Positions 43,978 through 55,910 of a stretch of DNA of 64,000 bases are shown here, piece by piece. The stretch spans positions 1 to 64,000 of the forward strand of contig JYFJ02001774.1 of the NCBI GenBank assembly GCA_000934665.2. The letters are read 5' to 3'. Below the pieces are notes generated by a model. That model was not told the DNA's origin. It did not search any database and saw only the letters and a list, made by a program, of their open reading frames with translations. The stretch's first letter is position 1; each line of letters begins with the position of its first letter. A program made the position numbers and the translations under genes. Origin of the DNA: Catajapyx aquilonaris (taxonomy: Eukaryota).

Positions 43978-45945
43978 CTAGGCAGCATGAATATTCGCTT
44001 GTCGACGTGACATGACTTCTGCCAGAAATGCCAAGAAGCTCATGCCCCAGCAACATACCACGAGGAAGTACATGGGTGCCCTCAACTGACTGAAATTCAG
44101 AGACATCGACTGCTGGTACAATAGATCTTTGGCCCTGGCGTCCTTCAGACCCATCAGGAAACAGGTGTATGCAAAGTACTCGTCTGTCAGCTCCTTCTGT
44201 CCTGAGTCGACAAAGTACGTCACCATCCTGTTGATAATCGGGCTGATTAGACTGTGCTTCTCGGTGATTACGGCAGCCAGAACTATCAGGTTTTTCTCTG
44301 GAGACAACGCGGCTGCCTGCTTCCCTTCCTTGTCGATGTTCATCAAGGAGCCGGCCATCAGCAAGTCCGCAGTCGCAATGCAGCTGTAGTCTTCATAGAT
44401 ACTTTTAATCACACACGTCTGCAGGTCAATCTCATCCGTCATGGCCTTGGCGACAGGCTTGAAGTATTCCATCGGGTTGTTGATGAGCACGCTTGCAAAG
44501 TACGGCTTCATGAACCCAACCGTACCCCACTTCCAGATGTCGGCCCACTGGCTACCCATCTCCAGGAAAGACTTGGGCAAACGCTCCATCTCGGGGTTCA
44601 CAAGCGAGCCTATGAAGCGAGCCTCGTAGCCGCATATCAGCACAATGGACACCACCCACCAGAACGAGATGAAGACCCGCGCTGGCTGTGCAACTGGGAT
44701 CAGATTCGGATTCTCCTCAATCAGAGTCGAGAAGGTGTATCTGAAGGAGTACAGCACCAGGTGTTGCGGTGGTCTGGCCGGAAAGGGGTTTCGGATGCGT
44801 GACTGAATCACCAGTATGATCCAGAATGCGACGCTGGTGGCCAACGAGATGATGAAGATGAGCAGCCATAGTTGCGGTGTGAATGGCTTGATCACAGCCT
44901 TCCACGAGTAACGGGGTCTGGACGATCTGGTCAGGAACGATAGGAAGGTGTAGTAGATCGGATATGTCTCGGTCAGTATCTGGCTTAATGGTGTCACCAG
45001 CGGGGTCACACCGAATTTGACCTTTCTCCGTAGGATCAAGCCAGCTTGTCCGGTGTAGTTCCCATCAGGCAGCAACGTATCCGCAATCTCACCGTCTTCC
45101 AACTCGGCCGCCTCCATCGCCCAGTCAAAATTAAGAACATTGCTTAGCGGCAAGATGAATATGATTATTGGAAACATGGGCATGTAGCTGTCTATCAGGT
45201 ATTGCAACTCGCTCTTCGATAGATCAATAGCGCACGTGCAATTCACAAGCTTGCCGTGCAGATTGCGAGAGTAGTCCGGGTAAAGGTCGACTCCATCTAG
45301 GCGACCGGTGTAATTAGCAACTTTGATGACTTTTGGGTTGCCCTTGTCGCAAAAGTGACAGTTGTTGAGCAGCACTAGTGATTTGGAGTTTGGGTCGTAC
45401 GATGCGCCAAGCTGGTACAGAAAGTCGGATGTCAGATGGTGCAGCATCGCAGCATCCACGTTGCCATCCCTGGACCAGAACAGAAACTTGTCCCGTCCAG
45501 TTTCCAGCACCACCTGGCTCGCAACGTAGTTCAGCAGCCGAGGCAGATTTTCCAGATGAAACATGAGCACATGCAGAGCACAGTTGGACATGTGCTTCGC
45601 AGTCGGACGGTGCAACCAGGAGAACCAGTACTCGTACTGGCCCGGTCCGGAATTGGCCGCCGACATGGGTATGGATGGGTTCCAGTACAGCGGTACAACC
45701 TGGGTGTAATTCCGGTGTAAGTGGAATAGCATCTGCGAATACTCAGCGGGCAACAAGTCAAAATCGGTTCCTATTGTAAGAAGACAATTAGGTCTCGATG
45801 CCTGAAGCTGTTCGACTAATGAGGTCAAAAGGATTTGATCCTCCGACCAGCTTGACCTAGGGTCAACTGATATTGCATCAGTTGACAAAATCAGCAGCAA
45901 AATGCACCACATCCTGAACAGTATCCATGTGACGACCAAAGACAT
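43978..45945 (-). CDS. Divergent ionotropic receptor (variant iGluR family), single exon
   Basis: Intact ORF of about 655 aa with an N-terminal hydrophobic signal, S1 (GNYTGQAGLILRRKVKFG), pre-M1 KPFTPQLW, M3-like RVFISFWWVVSIVLICGYEARFIGSL and C-terminal LNFSQLRAPMYFLVVCCWGMSFLAFLAE. Confidence 0.88.
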   Translation of the reverse strand: MSLVVTWILFRMWCILLLILSTDAISVDPRSSWSEDQILLTSLVEQLQASRPNCLLTIGTDFDLLPAEYSQMLFHLHRNYTQVVPLYWNPSIPMSAANSGPGQYEYWFSWLHRPTAKHMSNCALHVLMFHLENLPRLLNYVASQVVLETGRDKFLFWSRDGNVDAAMLHHLTSDFLYQLGASYDPNSKSLVLLNNCHFCDKGNPKVIKVANYTGRLDGVDLYPDYSRNLHGKLVNCTCAIDLSKSELQYLIDSYMPMFPIIIFILPLSNVLNFDWAMEAAELEDGEIADTLLPDGNYTGQAGLILRRKVKFGVTPLVTPLSQILTETYPIYYTFLSFLTRSSRPRYSWKAVIKPFTPQLWLLIFIISLATSVAFWIILVIQSRIRNPFPARPPQHLVLYSFRYTFSTLIEENPNLIPVAQPARVFISFWWVVSIVLICGYEARFIGSLVNPEMERLPKSFLEMGSQWADIWKWGTVGFMKPYFASVLINNPMEYFKPVAKAMTDEIDLQTCVIKSIYEDYSCIATADLLMAGSLMNIDKEGKQAAALSPEKNLIVLAAVITEKHSLISPIINRMVTYFVDSGQKELTDEYFAYTCFLMGLKDARAKDLLYQQSMSLNFSQLRAPMYFLVVCCWGMSFLAFLAEVMSRRQANIHAA

Positions 45946-46524
45946 CAGATTTATATGCACTTCTGGATTACGTAACCACAGCTATGCAAACAAACTCTTT
46001 TCTCATATTCCAGCGAAAATGCTGCAAATAGATGCAATGATGGACATTTCGCGATTAGTCGAGTTTCGGCAAACTGTTTGCTTAGGCGAATTCAATCACG
46101 TTTCCTGGAAAAAACCTCAAAATTCCGTTAGCGAATGGCGCTCTTCAAATATTATGTAACAAACCAATGGGTTAGCATGCGATGGATAAAGAAAGCCGAT
46201 GGGATACATAACAGGCAAAGAGTAATGAGTCGCATGAACCCTTGTTACAACTGTTGGGCATAAGCGACTTCAATGAAAGCAAATTACGAGTAAAAGTCAC
46301 TTCTTTATTGTTACCTTTCAATTAAACATAAGGTACATTTAAGTTCAGTTCTTGTCCAGCAGAGTAACGTAAGTAGCCTATAATGGGCATTAAAAATAAA
46401 TGGACTTTGCATCCATTTTTCTGGAACTGATTTCATTCTTCCATTACATTCTGTCCATTACAGTTGCAAATGTACTGTATGGATCAACTGGTCTCATCTC
46501 ATTTCCTTCCTTTCATGTGTGCAT

Positions 46525-49500
46525 TTAGAGACCTCCAGTCCTTTTATCTTCAAAGTGGACGTCCTTAGCATCAAAGTCCTCTGGATCATAGTATGAATAA
46601 TGATCCACCAGTGCCTCCATTTCTTCATCACGACACTCTGGAGGTGCCTCGATCGCCTCCAGAAGTATCTCGTAGCCATGCCAGTTTGCACGCTCCTCAG
46701 GAGGGCAAGCCCTCCTGCCACCAAGGCATCTGGGATACACCTTCTTTGGGTCAACCTGAACAACTTTCTCGAACAACAGGTCATGCTGCCAAGAGTCACC
46801 AAAGCGATAATCGTACGTTGCAACCATTTTCTCATCATGGAAATAATCAGAAATCTTTGCATCATCGGAATAAACCCGCTTGTCCTTCAGCCTGTCTTCC
46901 ATCGACTGGTACAAGCTGCGGGGAGCCAATACGATGCCATCATCCATGTAAAATTCGTACCGGGTACGTCCGTGACTAGTCGCCCATCCCATGGCATCCT
47001 GAATGGCACCCTGGAATTCATGGAAAGTGTAATCTTCTGGCACCTGTATGCGGCGCCATATCGGAGGCGTGTCGCTGTTGTCGCCCTCAAGGGTTATCTT
47101 AAACTGGTACACTTTGCTGAATTTCCTAGCAGTGCCTGCAGTTGCTTTCTCAGCAGTGGTTGAAGCTTCCTCACTGGCAGCAGTTTCCTTGAAGGAAGTT
47201 CCCTGCTTTTCCTTCTTGTCTCCCTCAGATGCAGCACGACCAGCAGCACTCTTTCTTGCGGTACTTTTCTTAGCCACTGTAGTCTTGCGGGCTTTGGTGG
47301 CTATCTACGGATGAAAGAAAAAGTTGATGTATTGGCTTAAGGGCAGTGCTCAAACACGCGGCATTTCAAGCTGCGTTTAAGGTGTGTTTTGTTTTGCCTG
47401 GAACTCTTTGCTTTCATTTTACTACGCTTTTTGGGATAGGATAGGGACGGAAGGAAGCGGCTGTGGCCTATTAATTACGGAAGCAACTCCGGAATTTTCC
47501 TGGAAGGACCGTGGAAAACCACGGTCAGAGTTGCCGGCCCCGGGATTCGAACCCAGGACCTCCCGATAACCAGTCGGACGCCTTATCCACTATGCCAACC
47601 TGCTTCGGTACCTCACAAGAATATAATTATGCTACCTTTGTACAGTACCACTAAAAGACATATTTTACATAAAGGAGGTAACCTCTACTGATATTGGGAG
47701 ATGACGATGACGTGGCGTCGTGGTAAGGCCCACGGATATGAAGGTCCCGGGTTCAATCCCCACCCGGGGTTCCCACCTTTATCCGTGCAGAGTTGGAGAG
47801 ATAAATCTCTGGCTTCATTTCGGGTGGAAATTTCCTGAAGACTAATCCACCCGGGGGAGTTCACAAAATGACCACTCAACGACAGCGCACATGCACTTTG
47901 CACATCCCCTCCCACCTACCCTTGGAGTAAACTAGTAAGATCCATCTTAACACGCTCCAAAACAAATACCAATGGTGGTAATCCACCCCCCTATAGACCC
48001 AACAGGTCATCACAGGGTAATTTATTTTTAAACCTCTACTGATATTACCACCTGCCAGTAACATGAATTAATTTTTTTTACAGTTACATTCATTCTTAAA
48101 GGTCCTTTAATCTGCATAAGTATTATTTAGCTCTGCTTTCAGCTTTCTTGCTTCACCTTGACACCTTACACGTCCACAACATGCAATAATTGCAACTGAC
48201 ATGTAACTAAATAAAACTACAATACTTCCGTAAACGTTGACATCTGCAAGTATGACATTTAAAATGAGCCATAATTATTTTTGGACCGGCCCCAAATAAG
48301 CTCAATTTTCAAGCCCTTCTTGAGGTAGCGTTGGATGAAGGACAAAAGCAGGGCTCCTTAAATCGTAATCAAATGACATTTGATGTTGCAAAATTTTATA
48401 AAGTTTAAACAAAAAATCCTGTGCCACAAAAACCCATTTCATAAATTACCGGAACAATCTATGGAAGTAATTCAACGAAAGCGGTTGTCCTACAAAAAAA
48501 AATATGTCTAATTAGAGAAGCTTCACAGTGAAGGTAAGTACACTGAATTTCCTCCTTTTTATGTAAAAAGCGATTGTTAGCTGTTTAACATAAAATACAC
48601 ACGCTTTTTATTACAGATTTGGAAAGTTCACAACCTTAGCTTTTCCAATGGCACTATTTTTGTCGCTCCATGAACTATCAAAATTTCACAATTTGCTTGC
48701 AAAGTTTCAAGGCCACTGCATTTTTAGACATGCCAATTGTATTTTACTATTGAAAATACTAGCTCATCATGGAAAGATAATTAAAATCTGATGGAAGTTT
48801 TGCAATCAGCAGGTTCTAAACCATACAGGGTGTTTACGACCTAACTTTACAAACTTCCAGGGGTAATAGAGGGGACCAAGACAAACATTTTTGACATAGG
48901 AACCCGTGTCCGGAAACGCCATCTAGAGGGGGTTCATAGACGAGGAACGGATGCGCTCAGACGCGTCACACGAGAGGCGCAAGTCCAGCGGACTGTTTTG
49001 TTGATAGATGGCGCGCAGTTGTTGCCAGGTTATGGCGTATCACGTCGTTGTAAGTAAACAACAGCGCGATACGCCATAACCTGGCAACAACAGAACCGCT
49101 GTTGACTATCCGCGCGTCTCCTAGGAGGCATACTTTAGTTGCTAGATGGCTCTGCTGTTGTCAGGTTATGACACATTGCATCGTTGGTTACTATCCGAGC
49201 GCCATCTATCAACAAAACAGTCCGCTGGACTTGCGCCTCTCGTGTGACGCGTCTGAGCGCATCCGTTCCTCGTCTATGAACCCCCTCTAGATGGCGTTTC
49301 CGGACACGGGTTCCTATGTCAAAAATGTTTGTCTTGGTCCCCTCTATCACCCCTAGAAGTTAGTAAAGTTAGGTTGTAAACACCCTGTATGTGGAGCAAA
49401 TGTCAGGTTTGTATTGCAAATAATAAATGCACGGTAAAAAAAAAAAGGCAAGACCTTTCCAAAGAATTTAGTGACCATTTTCTCCCCTTCATGACCAATA

Positions 49501-49847
49501 AAATGAAAAATCCATAACTTTTTATCTAACCAACAATTTGAGGATGTCTCTCTTTTAACATGTGCAACAAGTGTACCAAATTTGATGAAAAATCTGAGAT
49601 GGTCAGGTGTCATTCTGTCTTTTCTCTGGATGAACTGACATGGAATGGTACAGGGAGTAGCGGTGCCCTCGCTGTCACGGCGGACCTGTGCGCGCATACT
49701 GATCGCCCCGATTCCATCGATGTGTCGTCTCTAGAGATATTATGTATCTTCATCTGTGTGTCTTACCACAGCATCCTTCGAGCCTCCTCCAGCCTCCCCA
49801 TCTTCCTCTGTGGTCCTTGATGCAGCTGCCCTTTTGCGTGATGCCAT
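46525..49847 (-). CDS. pRiA4b ORF-3 / MM3350-like domain protein, copy 1 (divergent)
   Basis: join(49847-49767, 47304-46525), phase-0 GT-AG intron, with an upstream 5'UTR exon ending at 49984. The domain shows YQFKITL..PPIWRRIQVP..TF..IQDAMGW, FGDSWQH, YPRCLGGRRACPPE and YDPEDFD. AATAAA at 46309-46304. Confidence 0.88.
47410..47603 (-). mobile_element. tRNA-derived SINE (second family)
   Basis: The minus strand reads TGGCATAGTGG (A box) ... GGTTCGAATCC (B box), followed by a non-tRNA body (CTGACCGTGGTTTTCC...AGGCCACAGCCGCTTCCTTCC). Confidence 0.7.
47710..47912 (+). mobile_element. tRNA-derived SINE (third family), degenerate
   Basis: B box GGTTCAATCC; the body aligns with 58436-58774 (GCCCACGGAT, CGTGCAGAGTT, CCACCCGGGGGAGTTCAC, TTGCACATCCCCTCC). 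Confidence 0.7.
48826..49387. mobile_element. Tc1/mariner-type MITE with ~188-bp TIRs
   Basis: TA|CAGGGTGTTTAC ... GTAAACACCCTG|TA. Arms 48826-49013 and 49199-49387 are nearly perfect; there is an internal 24-bp hairpin at 49018-49091. Confidence 0.9.
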
Positions 49848-50400
49848 CTTCCCTTACTCGCACCTGAAATTATAATAAATTGTGCACTTACATTATTCAA
49901 TGCTTTCCATGCACAACCATGTTGAGACATGTCCCCACTTATAGGCCTTCCCTCCCGCCCTAGCCCCCGGTCTCTTTACCCACCTGTTCCTCCGATGTGT
50001 CAGGCAGCAGCCGGTACAGGTAATGGCACTCGGGAGCTGCTCCGGTGGGACAGGACCGGGGACAAAATAGGCCGAAATTAGAGTAGGACCTCGGAAGGAG
50101 AATAGAACAAAGCAAAATGGCTCCAGCCCGCCAACACGTATTGGTAGCTATTTGTCCCTCCAATAGCGGTTATTGGCAGGAACTGCTGCTTATCGCTGTT
50201 CAAAGAAACCTGGACAAACCAACAAGCAAACTTTTTTGCCTTTCACAACAAAATACATGGCGAAATATTTTCTCATTTTCAAGATAAATTCCATTCTAGA
50301 TTAAATACACTGATGCAATTATACGGTTACAAAAAAAAACGGTGGTATTCCACCCTGGACATAATACGATTAGTGGAGTTTCAGAAAATGATTCCTTGGG

Positions 50401-50560
50401 CCACGTACGAGATTTTCGCATACGAGGAGCCGCGAGGAGCCAACTGCGCATGCCCAGATACGAGGAAAGGGGAAAAAGTTGAAAATTTTCAACTTTCTCG
50501 TATCTGGGCATGCACAGTTGGCTCCTCGCGGCTCCTCGTATGCGAGAATCTCGTACGTGG
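50401..50560. mobile_element. Palindromic MITE-like insertion
   Basis: CCACGTACGAGATT...AATCTCGTACGTGG with ~63-bp arms. It is absent from the paralogous flank at ~46050-46160. Confidence 0.75.
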
Positions 50561-51104
50561 ATACCGGCCTTTAGGCAAATTCAATCACGTTTCCTGGGAA
50601 AAACCTCGAAATTCCATTAGTGAATGGCACTCTGCAAACATAACGCAATCAACCAAAGCTTCATCCTAAAAATATATCGAGGAACAAACTTTAAAAATTC
50701 AAACTTGCATGTGTTAGGTTACCATGTGAAGTCATTGAGTTACATGACCGATCAATGTTGCACCGTCATGAGATTCACGTCATCACGCTAATCCAATGTT
50801 ATGTCTTATGACTGTTGGGCACGAGCAACTACAATGACGGTAAATTACGAGCAAAAGTTACTTCTTTATTGTTCCCTTTTCGATAAAACAGCAGGTTTAA
50901 GTTCAGTTCTTGCCCAACACAGTAACATAAGTAGGGCATGAAAAAAATGAATAACTTAAAATGAACATAAAAAATAAAGCACTCTGAAGTCATATTTCTG
51001 GAACTGATTGTAACTTTACTTCAGAATGTAACTCTCCATTACGGTTGAAAATGGACGGGATGGATCCACCCAACTGGTCTCATCGCTTCTTCTCATGTGC
51101 GCTT

Positions 51105-53570
51105 TCAGAGACCTCCAGTCCTGCTCTCTCGAAAGCTGACTTGCTTAGCATCAAAGAACTCTGGGTCATACCCTGGCTGCGAATCTTCAACCCATTTCAC
51201 AAGTTCCTTCATTTCTGCATCTCGAGACTCTGGAGGTGCCTTTATCGCCTCCACAAGGTCCGCGTGACCATCGGTGCCTCCAACATCCTCAGGAGGACAA
51301 GCCCTCTTACCAGCAAGGCACTTGGGATACTCCTGCTCTGGGTCAGCCTCAACAGCTTTCTCGAACAAGACCCTATGCTCCCATGAGTTGCCAAAGTCAT
51401 ACGTGTACATTGCAACCGTTTTCTCCTCATAGAAATAATCAGAAATAATTGCCTCATGGTCAAAAATTAGATCTTCGTCCTGCTCGTCATCCATCTCCAG
51501 GTGTTCCAAGCTGGGCCCAATTTTGGTGCCACCAATTTTAAATTGGTGTAGGTGACAATTCCTCCATCCCATTGCATCCTGAATAGCCTCATGAAGTGAC
51601 TTAAAGGTGTCATCCTCGGGCACCTGTATGCGGCGCCAGATCGGAGGCTTGGTGTCCTTAAGGGTTATCTTAAACTGGTACACTTCGCTGAATCCACCAC
51701 TCTGATTCTGGAGAAGAGAAGTAAATAAAGGTCAGCAGGTGTCGAACTGCACAATTTTTAAAGTTAATCGCATGTAATAGTGAACTGGGAGCTTATTGTT
51801 CTGAATCCACCAATGCACTGAAAGCCGTATGTGCCGCAGTCCGACAAACATTATTGTGGCTTTGACAAGTGCCAATCTTAGCTCTCAAATTCTCTCCTGC
51901 TTATCGTAATAGTCCCAGGAACACCTTTCAAAGGTTAGCATGACATGGGCATGAACAAACTTCTGGCACGTCTACTCAGTTTCTGCCAACTAGTAATTAA
52001 AGCACTTGCACAGATTGTCTCTCACATCATAAGCATCCTGAAAATTCTGAAGAAAACATTTTCTTTTTGTAGACTGATACAGAATGCCTACAAATCCTGC
52101 TCAGTACAGTGCCGGACCAAAGAGTGGGCTGGACATAATAGCAGTCCCTAAATGTTTACCTAGTTGCCAGGTTAACGCCAGTGCTGCCAATGCCGAAAAA
52201 TTAACATTTGGGGACAGCTAATATGTCCAGCGCTGGTACAGTGCTGGACACATTATCTGTCTCTTAATGTTTTTCCCCCGTCAGTGACAGCGCTGCATTA
52301 CCTGGCAACCCCAGCCGGCGGGCCAATTCAAACACCAGCATATGGAGAGTGCTGAGTGTTCTTTCCGTTGTTGCCACTGTTTACAAAGAGCGAGTGACGC
52401 GGACGACCTAGTGACGGGTCTCTGTCTGCTTACACAGTAGCAGCAATGTTAGAAGCAATCCACTTTGGGAAAATTATTCTCAAAGAAAGGTTTTCGTCCA
52501 CAGCATCACGAAATATATTCCATCCCTGAGGAGGAGGTGTCAATAAAGATCAGGGGTGTGCTAATTCAAAGTGCGTCAACTGACGGATTCTTCGTGGCCA
52601 GCTTTCTGTCCGATGAGCATCAGACCGACCCGGCCATAAGCTGGCAAAAGTCAGCATGATAAGGTACAAAAATCAAAAGTGACGGTTCCTTGGAAATGTT
52701 GTAAGGTTGCGATAAAGTTACGTTTGGTTGAAATCCATTCATTACATTGAGAAATATTTACTTCCCATAAAGGGCGACACGGTGGCCGAGTGGTTAGCGC
52801 CGCAGCCTTCCACCTCTAAGGTCCCGAGTTCGATCCCCGGGACGGACGGAGGATACTTATGTGGATAGAGTTTCGATGGGTTCTCTCCGTGTTCGCGTGG
52901 GTTTTCTCGGGGTTCTCCCGTTTCCTACCACTATCCATCACATTACAGGCAAATGATTAAAGTCGGGTATTCAAAAGATGATCCCCTAAGAGGTCCAAGG
53001 GGCCTATCACGGGGTATCCATTATTATTATTATTATTTACTTCCCATGGGTCTGATCAGTCACCGGACGGAAAGCTGGCCACGTTCGGTTTATGTGTCTT
53101 TTCTGCGTAATTCGACCCCCGCTAAAACGAATGGCGACCATGACCTGTATATCAGACACCGTGTCTGTCTCGTAATTTGTCCCCATAAAACGTCATATTT
53201 CAAAAATGACCTCCCCCTATACGAGTAGGCCTACGTCCGTCGATCAGCATCTCTCGCGCAGTCACGGTAGGCGCCGACCATGGCCCGATGTCTGAACGCA
53301 CCCTCATAGTATCGGAGTCTTTACCTTCGTGTTGGAAGGTTCCTTGGTCTTCTCTAGTGCCTTAGACGCAGGGACTTTCTTGTCCGCAGTCGCCTTCTTA
53401 GATGACTGTGCCTGACTGGTCCTGCTGGAAGTTCCCTTATTCTCATCTCCATCGGTCGCAGCAGCAGCCTTCTTCCGCGAGGTACTTTTCTTGGCCGCCT
53501 TCGAGCCTCCTCCTGCCTCCCCATCTTCCTCTGTGCTCCTTGATGCTGCTGCCCTTTTGCGAGGACCCAT
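51105..53570 (-). CDS. pRiA4b ORF-3 / MM3350-like domain protein, copy 2
   Basis: join(53570-53325, 51707-51105), phase 0. The 82-aa basic N-terminal exon starts MGPRKRAAASR. The domain shows YQFKITLKDTKPPIWRRIQVP, AMGWRNCHLHQF, YTYDFGNSWEH and YPKCLAGKRACPPEDVGG. AATAAA at 50870-50865. Confidence 0.92.
52771..53035 (+). mobile_element. Full-length tRNA-derived SINE (V-SINE-like)
   Basis: A and B boxes, a V-domain-like core, an (ATT)n tail and a ~14-bp TSD TATTTACTTCCCAT (52755-52768 and 53034-53047). Confidence 0.88.
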
Positions 53571-54480
53571 CTTCCCTTACTCGCACCTGAAATTGGGCAG
53601 TAATTCAATGCCTTACATACACATCCATTGTTTGGACATGTTCCCCACTATAGCCCTAGTTTTTTTTTTTTTTCTTCCTTCCCTCCTGCCTTGTATCGGC
53701 CTCGTCTGTCACCCACCTGTTCCTCCGATGTCTCAGGCACCAGCCGGTACACGGTATGGCCCTCTGGAGCTGCTTCGTTGGGACGGGACAGGCGGGAAAA
53801 GACGAGTCGGACGGAGCAAGACAACGTGCCAAAGACGGACACTCCGAAGCAGACCGTTATTAGCGTATCTGTTACTTCCCCAGTTCCCAATCGCGGTGAA
53901 TGCAAGTAGCTGCTCCTTGTAACTATTCAAGGAAACATTGGCAAAATATTACAGAGTCACTTATTCTGTAAGTATATACCTTTTTGATTCTACAGCTGGT
54001 ACATACAAGTTCAGTTCTTTGCCCGACACAGTGAGGCAAGTATGCTTTACATTTCTCGGTACGTACAATTCTGACTGGGCACGTAACAACATACACTCAC
54101 TTGACAATATAGAAGTGAAAGTAAACATTGGCTGTACTGCAACTAAAGCAATGCATGATAACACAACAGGACAAATCCTTTTTGTCCCATCCAAATAATA
54201 ATACAAAAAATGATAGGCAAGAAAAGTTGCGAAAAGTGTGGTGATGAGTGTATGATCAATAACAACGGCACTTTCATTTAGGGGTTTAAAAAAAAGTCTT
54301 TGCAGTTTGAATGATTTTTCATTACTTTCAGCTCATATGTGGTTGGAGACCTAAAACTCCCAAACAATGAAGTACTGCAGCATGATCTCTCTGGAACAGT
54401 CTTATGATAGAAACATTTTAACTGCACTGAATCTCAAAGATGAATTATGGGCATGAAAATTAATAATTTGAAAAAATTAT

Positions 54481-54519
54481 TATTATCTTGAACTGGTACA
54501 TTTTCCTGAATCCATCACT
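54481..54519 (-). pseudogene. Relic pRiA4b ORF-3 copy (first ~13 codons of the main exon only)
   Basis: Translates as SDGFRKMYQFKII, matching the exon start SGGFSKVYQFKIT. The acceptor CAG is mutated to CAA, and the flanks are homologous to intron and 3' sequence of the other units. Confidence 0.75.
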
Positions 54520-55910
54520 TTGAAAAATATTTATTACAAAAAATTATGATTAGAAACACTTGTCACCATTCAATTCACTGGATCTGTCTTTGCCAATGCA
54601 TACACTTTGCAAGATACTAGCTTAACCTAGCCTCTCGCCCATTGACTGATATGTTCATCAAATGGCTTACATTGCTGACCAGCAAGTATATTTCAAATAG
54701 TGTTCAGAGCTTGTTGGTACAGGCATACGCGGTCGCCACTCGAAATTATACAAAACATATTTGCACTCTCGGCCAGTCATGAGGTGATGGATGGAGTAGC
54801 CTTAATTGTGTTGGCATTGCTGCATGGCTTTTGGGTGACCGCACCAGTACTGTCCTTTATTGTGGCCATTCCAAACACTGCATGCCGAAATGCCAGGTTT
54901 TTTCAATTATTTGCGAGCAATAGTGAGCTAGGTGCTTGTCAGTCATGAATCCACCAATGTACTGAGAGTATTGTGCCACAGTCCAACGAACATTATTGTG
55001 GCTTTGTCGAGTACCTAGCTTATTAGCTACGCAGCATTCAAATTCCCCTCGTTCTTCATACCAGTTCCAGGAATGCACCTCAATGGTTCAAGTAACAGGG
55101 GCATGAACAAACTTCCCTTCTCACCTGGCAATGAACAATTTGCTACATTACCAACATGTATGCACACGACAGGACAATTACATTGGACTTGTTTGCTACC
55201 AAACACTACTTTCTGGTACATTTTCATTTTGCCACATCGACTAGTTTATTTGTAGTAACTGCTACTTGTCACTGTTCAATGACAGATGGACAAACAAGCA
55301 CACAAATAAACATTGCCTTTTACAACACTGTTTGGGTCCTGGCAGCCCATAAGAAGGGAGAGGATCATTGCTCAGTTATGGCACACTTCTAAGGAGAATT
55401 GTACGGAAGTCACAAGGAGTGGCAGGAAGTATCAAACCTTGCCTCGAACTGTGCAAAAGTCGCCTATTCTTTATTGTCACCTTTTGATTCAATAGAAGTA
55501 CATTTTAAGCTCAGTTTTTGTCCAGCACAGTAACATAAGTGCACTTTACAACTCTGTACCTATGCCTGGGCAGCCAGACATGTGGTAAGAATAACATACA
55601 CTCATTTGACAATGGAAGCGAAAGTACACACTGGCTGTACTCCAACTACAGCAATGTAACAGCATGTTACCTTGAGTCTATAATGAAACAATTCCTTTTT
55701 TTCATCCAAATAATTATACAAAATAATGATAGTAAAAAAAAAGTTGAGAATAAATACTGCAGTGATGAATAATCATGAGCAGTAACAATTTAGAAGGGAA
55801 AAAAAGAAGAAGAAAAAAATCCCGCTACACCTTCAGCTCACGCTTGGTAGGGGAATCTTGGAATCACTAGCAGTATGATCTCTCTGGACTCGTCATATGA
55901 ACAAAACATT

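Noticed and set aside
47530..47603. tRNA-Thr(GGT)-like cloverleaf on the minus strand
   Set aside because: The acceptor stem is mismatched, the D-arm junction is defective, and it runs into a repeat body, so it is a SINE head rather than a tRNA gene.
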